From IMG/VR virus record IMGVR_UViG_3300045988_154339: DNA of 59,570 nt, one strand, 5' to 3'. Below, piece by piece: positions 28,108 to 34,981 of the stretch (within the stretch, counting starts at the first letter, position 1; each line of letters starts with the position of its first letter). The translations under genes were made by a program, and so were the position numbers. This stretch comes from a virus. The notes beneath the pieces were generated by a model. It did not search any database and was not told where the DNA came from. It worked only from the letters and a program-made list of their open reading frames with translations.

Positions 28108-28203
28108 GAATTCACACGTTTAACTCTGAAACACTTAACGAGAAGTTTAATAGGAATATTTATCAAACACACAAAGTGTCTCAGAAGTCATCTGGTGAAC
28201 TCA
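28108..28203. repeat. Long-hairpin intergenic element, copy D
   Basis: GAATTCACACGTTTAACTCTGAAACACTT..GTTTAATAGGAATATTTATC..AAGTGTCTCAGAAGTCATCTGGTGAACTC. Confidence 0.85.
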
Positions 28204-28224
28204 GAGTATCAAAAGTAAACAACG

Positions 28225-28485
28225 TTACCACGGAACATCATCATCGTCCTCAGAGGGCTCAGAGTGTTCAGCAAGTGTTGTCGTGAATGTATCAGGTGGT
28301 GTGAAGACAACATCGAGCTCAGCATCGAGTGTTGGGTCAACGCATTCATCGACTTCGTCGATTGTAATCCACTTGAGCCATTTGCCGCATTGCTTACAAT
28401 ATGCTCCGATGTGTGGACCCTTTAAGCGAATGAGCGTTCCTGCATTAGGATGTAGCTTACAGCAAATCATATTCAGTCCTCCCAA
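28225..28485 (-). CDS. Zinc-finger protein
   Basis: CKLHPN...CKQCGKW. 86 aa with an acidic C-terminus. Confidence 0.5.
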   Translation of the reverse strand: MGGLNMICCKLHPNAGTLIRLKGPHIGAYCKQCGKWLKWITIDEVDECVDPTLDAELDVVFTPPDTFTTTLAEHSEPSEDDDDVPW

Positions 28486-28670
28486 AATTTAAGTCGACGA
28501 TGTAAGCAATTCGCATACGACGTCATGATGTCGATTTGCGACATAAGCAACATCTGCTGCACAGTCGACAATTTCGAAAACGGCTCACTCAACACAAACG
28601 TCTTGAGCTTGCTGAGACGTTCTTCGAGTTCATTGAGCTCGAGTTCGACACGTTCTTTTGCGGTTGTCAT
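28473..28670 (-). CDS. Hypothetical coiled-coil protein
   Basis: 65 aa, overlaps both neighbours by a few nt. Confidence 0.45.
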   Translation of the reverse strand: MTTAKERVELELNELEERLSKLKTFVLSEPFSKLSTVQQMLLMSQIDIMTSYANCLHRRLKFWED

Positions 28671-28999
28671 GCTTTACCTCCTTTTGCATTGAAGTACTCA
28701 ACGCTAAGTTTTTCAATCAAGTCAATGACGTCTATGACAGAGTCTGCGCACAAGTAAATCGCGCCCATTTCGGTGAAACGTCTCGCCCACTTCTCCTGTG
28801 TTGCACGAGGCTGTCCGCCAGGACGTTTGACTTCGATTTCAATGTGCTTGCCGAAAATGACGACCCACAAATCAGGTAAGCCCATTTTGTATGCGAAACC
28901 ACCTGCTTGACGTCGTTCGACGTAATTGTCAATTCCAGAAGCTTTGAGCTTTTTGAAGTACGACATGATAGAGTTTTGTATCTCTTTTTCGGGTGTCAT
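28667..28999 (-). CDS. VRR-NUC domain nuclease
   Basis: GLPDLWVVIFGKHIEIEVKRPGG fits the PD-(D/E)xK core of VRR-NUC. GAGGAGG RBS. Confidence 0.65.
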   Translation of the reverse strand: MTPEKEIQNSIMSYFKKLKASGIDNYVERRQAGGFAYKMGLPDLWVVIFGKHIEIEVKRPGGQPRATQEKWARRFTEMGAIYLCADSVIDVIDLIEKLSVEYFNAKGGKA

Positions 29000-29169
29000 A
29001 TATTACCTCCTCGTATTGTTTCTTCATAAAGTTCTCTGAAAACGCGTTCACGTTCTTGAGCCTTGATGAGTGCAAGCTTTACCTGTTCGAGCTCAGTCTT
29101 GAGCTCCTCGACAGCAGCATTGTCGACTTTTACAACTTCTTTTACGACTTCTTTGACAACAGGCTGCGC

Positions 29170-29571
29170 TTAGATTGTCATTGTTTCAGCGGCTTTTGTC
29201 GTGATATCGAGCTGTATGCAAAGCGCCTTTTCGATTTTGCGCATAACGCGGTCATCAACTTCACCAACGTAACTGCCGAGCCTGTAATGAGACACGCTTT
29301 GTACATGCTCGCACAAAATCGTGCCATACACAGGAAGTCCTTCAACGTTGAGCTCTACATGCGTAGGAAGCGGTTTCTTGTCTTTCGTCGTTAACGGAAC
29401 GACAGTTACTGTCGGCGAGAACTTGTTGCAAGTTTCGTTCGAAACAACGATGACAGGCCTGCCGCCTTGTTGTTCGCTTCCGGTTTGCTCTTTGAATGTC
29501 ATGTAGAAAATCTCGCCTCTATGTATTTCGCGTTCAAAAGTCATGCTGTCATCGCCAGGAATGATGTTCAT
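29170..29571 (-). CDS. mazF: MazF/PemK-family toxin (endoribonuclease)
   Basis: GEIFYMTF..GSEQQGGRPVIVVSN..SPTVTVVPLTT..PTHVEL..ILCEHVQSV is a PemK-fold signature. ATGA overlap with the antitoxin stop. Confidence 0.8.
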   Translation of the reverse strand: MNIIPGDDSMTFEREIHRGEIFYMTFKEQTGSEQQGGRPVIVVSNETCNKFSPTVTVVPLTTKDKKPLPTHVELNVEGLPVYGTILCEHVQSVSHYRLGSYVGEVDDRVMRKIEKALCIQLDITTKAAETMTI

Positions 29572-29765
29572 TTTGTGTTCTCCTTTATGTGTTCTAAAAT
29601 TCTTTGTTCGTCGTCATCGATAGGAATGATTTCGATGCGTTTTCGTTCTGTGTCGACCATAACTTGTACGTATGCATTGTCTTTAATGCCAATTAAACGC
29701 AAATATGTCGACGGAATGTGTGTACGGTTCTTTTGGTCAAGTTTCGTTATGTCAGAGAGCCACAT
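29568..29765 (-). CDS. mazE: MazE/AbrB (SpoVT-AbrB) family antitoxin
   Basis: ORF 29568..29831. The ATG at 29765 lies 8 nt after GGAGGA. KLDQKNRTHIPSTYLRLIGIKDNAYVQVMVD..RIEIIPI matches the swapped-hairpin motif. Confidence 0.7.
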   Translation of the reverse strand: MWLSDITKLDQKNRTHIPSTYLRLIGIKDNAYVQVMVDTERKRIEIIPIDDDEQRILEHIKENTK

Positions 29766-30165
29766 CGTCAAAGTCCTCCGGCTTAAAGAAGCCCTTTTCG
29801 ATGAGCTGTTCTTTCGTCCAGCCATTGCCAAGATAATACGAGATGTTCGACTTCATAATCGCACGTTTTGTCGCCTCAGTCTGACGCATCTCGTATCGAG
29901 TATCGACCTCAGCATGAATGTTGAGCGCATCGAGTTCATCAAGCAACTTTTGCTTTTCTTCAGGCTTATCGAGCGTCTTCAAAAACTTTTGCTTCCACTC
30001 TTCGTTTGCTCGTACAATTACGCCCCAATCAATCTCTTGACCGCAACACGGACAGAAGTGCCAGCTGTCGTTTGCGACAGTGAATGGGTACGCGCATTTC
30101 GCACATTTATACAGAATTTCGTACCCACAGGTTCCCATAGAATATGCTTTCGGTTTAAGTTTCAT
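29752..30165 (-). CDS. Zinc-ribbon protein
   Basis: ORF 29752..30183. The ATG at 30165 follows AAAGGAGAA. CAKCAYPF...CPCCGQ. Confidence 0.5.
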   Translation of the reverse strand: MKLKPKAYSMGTCGYEILYKCAKCAYPFTVANDSWHFCPCCGQEIDWGVIVRANEEWKQKFLKTLDKPEEKQKLLDELDALNIHAEVDTRYEMRQTEATKRAIMKSNISYYLGNGWTKEQLIEKGFFKPEDFDDVAL

Positions 30166-30185
30166 GATGCTTTCTCCTTTCACGT

Positions 30186-30250
30186 GAGGTCACAGAGTTA
30201 AATCTGAGACACTTCACGACGTTTATAAATAGAATATATGGACTTCAGAG
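30186..30250. repeat. Long-hairpin intergenic element, copy E (right arm truncated by the next gene)
   Basis: GAGGTCACAGAGTTAAATCTGAGACACTT..TTATAAATAGAATATATGG..ACTTCAGAG. The stop of 30245..30541 lies inside the right arm. Confidence 0.6.
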
Positions 30251-30541
30251 TTTGTATCTCACGTATTCAATGATGTTATGCTGTTTAATCGGCTTTTTCA
30301 AACCGAAACAACGACATTTGAAGAACTGCTGAGAATGGTCGAACGTTTCGATGACGTCTTTCTCATTGACTTTGACTTTAAGCACGAGCACATCAGTGTT
30401 GCCGTGCATATACGCGAACTTCAAACAGTCTTGAGCTGTCTCGCACATGTAGACGATGCCTTCGATGTTTCGACATTCGATGCCTTTATCAAGTATCTCG
30501 ATGAGATTTTTGAACGGCGTTGCATGATAGTACGTTTTCAT
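30245..30541 (-). CDS. Hypothetical protein
   Basis: 98 aa. N-terminus YYHATPFKNLIEILDKGI. No confident family. Confidence 0.45.
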   Translation of the reverse strand: MKTYYHATPFKNLIEILDKGIECRNIEGIVYMCETAQDCLKFAYMHGNTDVLVLKVKVNEKDVIETFDHSQQFFKCRCFGLKKPIKQHNIIEYVRYKL

Positions 30542-32104
30542 TACTCACCTCTCAATTCGTTAACTCTTGCAAGGTCTGCTTGGAACATGTCTTCATTATA
30601 TTCGATTGTTCCATCGAGCGCTTTACGCATGTTCATGTCAAGCCAGTTTCTTTGGAAGAAACAGTAGTACAACACTTTGTCTGCTTTTTGTCCAAGACGA
30701 TGCACACGTTTGTGACCTTGTGCGTAGTCTTTGTAAACTGGTGTCGAGAACAAGATGCACTTGTTGTACTCTTGCCAGTTCAGTCCAGTCGAACCGCTCG
30801 CAAAGTTTGCGATGATGATGTTCTTCTTATTCGTGAGCTTTTCAGCATCGGACATCTTTGCGTATCGTTCGTAAAACGTCAAGCTTTTGATTTCACCGCA
30901 GTAAACGTCGATGTTGTAGTCAAGCTTTTCGCAAATTTCGAATATCTCGCATAATTCCGGAGTATAGTTGTAGAAGAGTAAGTAGTTGTCTTCGTTTTCA
31001 CTCAAGAACTTTTCGAGAGCATCAAGTCGAGAACGGTCATACCAAATCGCTTTCGATGCGTTTCCGATAAAGCCAGTGCTCAGCTGACGAGCTCTCATCC
31101 ACGCAGTTCCAGATGTTTCAGCAAAGAAGTCTAAGCTCGGATAGTCAATGTTTCTGAAAAATGGGTTCGAGCACAGACTTTCTGTGTTGTAACGTTTTTT
31201 GTCGAACTCGCTAAGATTGATTTTGAGCGACTTCGCAAAGTCAAGAATATCTTTGCCCTTACGTTTTTCTCGAGTAAACATCTCGAATACCGGCGAAACA
31301 GGTTGCGAGATGTTGACGAAAAATTTGTCAGGTAAGTCCATAACGTCTTCACTTCGAATTGTAATTGCGTATTGATGCACGAGATTGAAGAGCGCATCAA
31401 CGTTCTTATACCCAACAATCGGCTGCTGCCATTCAAGCAAACCTGGTACTCGACCACGAATGCAGAAACGTTCAACGAAGTCGCCTTTCGTTTCAGGATA
31501 GCCAAGAAGTTTGAGCTGCGAATATAAATCGATGTAGCCTTTCGTAAACGGTGTGCCTGTGCAAAGATAAAGATGAACTGAGTTCGCCGTACGCTCAAGC
31601 GTATTTACGATTTGATTGATTGCTTTCGTTTGCTGAGATTGCAGGTTCTTGACTTTGTGCGACTCATCAATTATCACACAAACGTTTTCTCTTCGACAAG
31701 CTTTCAAAAACTCTGTGATGTTTTCGTTCAACACTATGCCGGACGACCTTGTTGAGCGTTTGCCGTGTTTGAACAGTCCTTCGTAGTTGATGATGAAGAG
31801 CTGCGGCAATGATTTTGTCAATGCAAATGCATCGGGCTCGGAGAACTTGTTGAGAAAGTCAAATTTGAATGTCGAACGACTCGCCCAATTAAGCCACGAC
31901 CCGGGCTCTGTCACAGGTTCAAGCGCTTTACCGTTTATCGTTACAATCAACACCTTCGAGCAGTTGTTGATTTCGGCTAACGCCAAGCTTGTTGGCGTTT
32001 TACTAACCGAGCCCCATGTCAAGGAATAAGCCGAACTTTTTGTAAGAACGAAATTTGTCAACTACATTCTTTTGGAACGGGTACAACTTGTCATAGATGC
32101 TCAT
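30541..32104 (-). CDS. SNF2-family helicase, interrupted by an apparent +1 frameshift near 32005-32015
   Basis: Main ORF 30541..32061 has DESH, GSTGLNWQ and QGHKRVHRLGQ. The true N-terminus MSIYDKLYPFQK..LFLDMGLG* (32003..32104, AAAGGAGG RBS) is in another frame. Confidence 0.8.
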
Positions 32105-32156
32105 TTTTCATCACCTCCTTTATTCAAGATTTTCATGCTTACCTCCTTTGGAGCTC

Positions 32157-32726
32157 TCAGATGAGAGCTCCTACCAATGCGTCCGCAGTGAGTTGATATT
32201 TACGAAGTTCGCAAGCTCTGTCAACCAGAGGTTCGGGAAGAGCAAATGTGCAACCGTTTACTGTGAGGTTCATCGTTCCGATAATCTGGAAACCGTCCTT
32301 AATGACGATTGTCTGTCCTTTGTATGTAAATTCAGTCTTACCATCGAGTATCGACTGCAAAAATCTGAGACTCTCAAACGGAAGAAGATTGATTTCGTCG
32401 AGCACAATTTTCTGACCGTTGACCATCGCCATTTGAAGAGCGGAAGGTCTGAAGTTCGGGTGTCCGTCCTCAAACTTGAAGTCCTCCATCAAATCCGAGG
32501 GAAGCATCGCCGAGTGGCAAACCATACAGAGATTGCCGGTCTCCTCCATCGCCTTTGTCGTTTTGCCGGTGCCTTGCGAACCGTAATAGACTTTGAAGCG
32601 TTTGTTTACGTGTTTCGTGCAAATGAGCTGTGAGGTTTCGTTCATGATTTCCTCAAACTCCGCACTCTTCATTTTCTCGACGATTGAGCTCGCATATTGA
32701 TGGTCGACCAAGTTGAAGTAATTCAT
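32157..32726 (-). CDS. AAA+ ATPase, MoxR/AAA_5-like
   Basis: Walker A GSQGTGKTT, Walker B IVLDEINL. 189 aa. Confidence 0.7.
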   Translation of the reverse strand: MNYFNLVDHQYASSIVEKMKSAEFEEIMNETSQLICTKHVNKRFKVYYGSQGTGKTTKAMEETGNLCMVCHSAMLPSDLMEDFKFEDGHPNFRPSALQMAMVNGQKIVLDEINLLPFESLRFLQSILDGKTEFTYKGQTIVIKDGFQIIGTMNLTVNGCTFALPEPLVDRACELRKYQLTADALVGALI

Positions 32727-32750
32727 TATGTACTCCTTTGCCGCTGCCGC

Positions 32751-33107
32751 TCAAGTGTTGATGCAGTAGTTGCACAAGGTATTCACAAATCTGAAGTTCG
32801 GTTCGAATTGGAATTCCGAGAAGAATGCGATGAGCTTGGTCATCACGTTCTTGCTCTTTTCGAGCAACTCTTCCGTAAGCTCAACACTGTCGGAGTTTGT
32901 TGCCTCGACCTGTCTGATGATGCGCATCGAATTGTCGAACTGAAGTTCCTTCTGCATGTCCGAGTAGCGTTTGCTCCGGAATACACGAACGAGTTCCTTG
33001 AACTGACCGATCGCCACGGGATTGCTGATGATTTCCCAAGACCCGTTGTGAGTCGACCAGACCGTTCCGTCTTTCTGAATTTGAACTTTGAAGTTTTTGA
33101 TTTGCAT
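32751..33107 (-). CDS. Hypothetical protein
   Basis: 118 aa, first gene after promoter P8. Confidence 0.5.
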   Translation of the reverse strand: MQIKNFKVQIQKDGTVWSTHNGSWEIISNPVAIGQFKELVRVFRSKRYSDMQKELQFDNSMRIIRQVEATNSDSVELTEELLEKSKNVMTKLIAFFSEFQFEPNFRFVNTLCNYCINT

Positions 33108-33143
33108 AGTGGTGTTCTCCTTGTTTATCTTTATCTTGTATAT

Positions 33144-33172
33144 ATTATATCACATATTTTTTCGAAAGTAAA
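33144..33172 (-). promoter_or_regulatory. Promoter cassette P8 (minus strand)
   Basis: Minus strand: TTTACT (33167-33172), 17 nt, TGTGATATAAT (-10 at 33144-33149), then the leader ACAAGATAAAGATAAACAAGGAGA. Confidence 0.8.
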
Positions 33173-33214
33173 CTACTTTTGAGTACTTTTTTGAAAGTTT
33201 TTTCAAAAATTTTT

Positions 33215-33239
33215 TCGGCGACCTTTTTGAGGTCGCCGA
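33215..33239 (-). terminator. GC-rich hairpin after the vWA gene
   Basis: TCGGCGACC-TTTTTGA-GGTCGCCGA (9 bp). The T tract on the minus strand is offset by an A run. Confidence 0.5.
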
Positions 33240-33243
33240 CGAA

Positions 33244-34809
33244 TTATTTGAGCAGGAAGCTTAGTGCAACACAGACTTGGTCAATCAGCTCTGCTGCATA
33301 CCTGCGAGTGTAGATACGTTTGATGCCTTTGCAGTAAGTTTCTGCGTATTTGCGGTTGCTGTCCTCGAGTATCATCACAGTGTTGGGCATGTTGAAGCGT
33401 TTGAATTGTTTACCGCTACGACCTTCGGTCGGGTCACTCAAAGCGTCTCCATCGAAAAGCACGATGTTGTAGTTCATCGATTGACGGTCCTGAACTTTCT
33501 TGATGATGCCTTCCGCGTAAGCAGGAATGTCGTTGCTTCCACCGCAATGAAGCTCTCTCTCATTCTTTTTCTTAAGCTCAAACTTCGTGTTCATCGTAAT
33601 CAAGTCGAACGTGAAGTTCGGTTCTTGCTGTTCGAGTTTTTTGAGCGCGAACAGAAGTTGATTGACGATTGTCTCATTCGAGTCGAACGAACCGGAGTTA
33701 TCAATGAAAAGATTGAGCTTGATTTTTGAGAACTGTTTGACATTCCCTTGACGATTTTGCTGAACGAACCACTTGTAATCGTCTCTTATAACCGAGCGAG
33801 GGTCAAACACACCCGAGTAAGCGTTTATCGCAGACGCATTCGATTTAGTCACCTTCTTATTTGCAAGAATGATGTTCGCCAGACGTTCCTGAACTCCAGG
33901 ATTGACGTAGACTTGCGAGTTCTCAAAGAGTTTTTTCACCTCTTCGTCCGCCGCCCTCGTGATGTTTTCGAAAAGCTCTTGAAGTTCTTCGTCTGACATT
34001 TCGTTGAGTTGTTCTTCAAGTTGTTTTTCGCGAAGCTCTTCCGGAGAAACTTCCGATTGACCAACACAGTTGAACTCTGTTTCGTTCATCTCATCAGACT
34101 CCTCAGCATCATTGTCATCGCCTGCGTTCATGCTCATGCCTGTGTTGTCGTTTTTCTGTTTCTCTTCGTCCGCCGCTCTCGCCTTCTCTTCGGCTTTTCT
34201 TTGTTTTTCAAGTTCGTCCTTAAGGAAGTCCTCTTCAACTTCACGGTAGAGAGCAATGATTTCGTCTTTGTAATTGTAATACGACCAGTAACTAGAGAAC
34301 CTGTGAAGTTTGCGATATTTTTTAAGAAGTGCAGCGACTTTGATGAGGAAGCGTGGTTTGCCGAGATGGTATCTAACGAGCGAATACCAAACGGAAAATG
34401 CAGTGTCGTGAGCAGGTTCTGTTTTTCCGTCCCAATCATTGACGAGCATGAGTAACTCTTTGAAGTCCACGCCCTTGTAATAGTTCCGGCATATCGACTC
34501 AATTCTCTCATCTTCAAATACATTCACGATGTTGTTCATGCTGAGCGATTTCGGAGTAATGAATGCATGGGAGATTTCGTGGTATGTAAGCGTTCTCGTA
34601 AGACGTTCTATGTTTTCGTCGTTGAGCTTGCTCTCAATCTTAGTCATCACGTTGTTGAGCATCGGGTATGAGATGTAAGCCTCGTCATCCATCGGTACGT
34701 AATACGAACCATTTTCATTCGTGAGTTTCAAAGGCACGTTACGTCCAATGTAATAGCCGACCGGTAAGGTTTTGAGTATATTCTCGATTTCAATGAAGGT
34801 GGGAAGCAT
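33244..34809 (-). CDS. vWA-domain protein with N-terminal HExxH metallopeptidase-like domain (DUF2201-like)
   Basis: HEISHAF zincin motif near residue 77. C-terminal MIDAS FIDNSGSFDS. 521 aa. Acidic central linker. Confidence 0.65.
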   Translation of the reverse strand: MLPTFIEIENILKTLPVGYYIGRNVPLKLTNENGSYYVPMDDEAYISYPMLNNVMTKIESKLNDENIERLTRTLTYHEISHAFITPKSLSMNNIVNVFEDERIESICRNYYKGVDFKELLMLVNDWDGKTEPAHDTAFSVWYSLVRYHLGKPRFLIKVAALLKKYRKLHRFSSYWSYYNYKDEIIALYREVEEDFLKDELEKQRKAEEKARAADEEKQKNDNTGMSMNAGDDNDAEESDEMNETEFNCVGQSEVSPEELREKQLEEQLNEMSDEELQELFENITRAADEEVKKLFENSQVYVNPGVQERLANIILANKKVTKSNASAINAYSGVFDPRSVIRDDYKWFVQQNRQGNVKQFSKIKLNLFIDNSGSFDSNETIVNQLLFALKKLEQQEPNFTFDLITMNTKFELKKKNERELHCGGSNDIPAYAEGIIKKVQDRQSMNYNIVLFDGDALSDPTEGRSGKQFKRFNMPNTVMILEDSNRKYAETYCKGIKRIYTRRYAAELIDQVCVALSFLLK

Positions 34810-34844
34810 CTGTGTGGTCTCCTTAATATCTTTATCTTGTATAT

Positions 34845-34873
34845 ATTATATCACATATTTTTCTGAAAGTAAA
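34845..34873 (-). promoter_or_regulatory. Promoter cassette P7 (minus strand)
   Basis: TTTACT (34868-34873), 17 nt, TGTGATATAAT (-10 at 34845-34850). Confidence 0.8.
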
Positions 34874-34919
34874 CTACTTTTGAGTACTTTTTGAAAAAAT
34901 TTTTGAAAAAATTTTCGCC

Positions 34920-34938
34920 TGATATACGCAGTATATCA
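34920..34938 (-). terminator. Hairpin downstream of terL
   Basis: TGATATAC-GCA-GTATATCA, followed on the minus strand by GGCGAAAATTTTTT. Confidence 0.4.
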
Positions 34939-34945
34939 AGCGAAG

Positions 34946-34981
34946 GTGCGTGTATACGTACATGTGTACGCATGTGTACGT
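34946..34981. repeat. Perfect 36-nt alternating purine-pyrimidine tract
   Basis: GTGCGTGTATACGTACATGTGTACGCATGTGTACGT alternates R/Y at every position. Contains GTGTACGC and GTGTACGT. Confidence 0.9.

Noticed and set aside
30245-30541. ADP-ribosyltransferase (DarT/Tpt1-like) call for the 98-aa protein starting MKTYYHATPFKNLIEILDKGI
   Set aside because: The Y-H-x-T..NL..IL..G start resembles ART-fold N-termini. However, the ORF is far too short for the fold and I cannot identify a catalytic Glu region. It is left as hypothetical.
32105-32156. 11-codon ORF MKILNKGGDEK between the AAA+ ATPase and the SNF2 gene
   Set aside because: The AAAGGAGG within it serves as the RBS for the SNF2 N-terminal ORF. 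It is too short to support as a gene.
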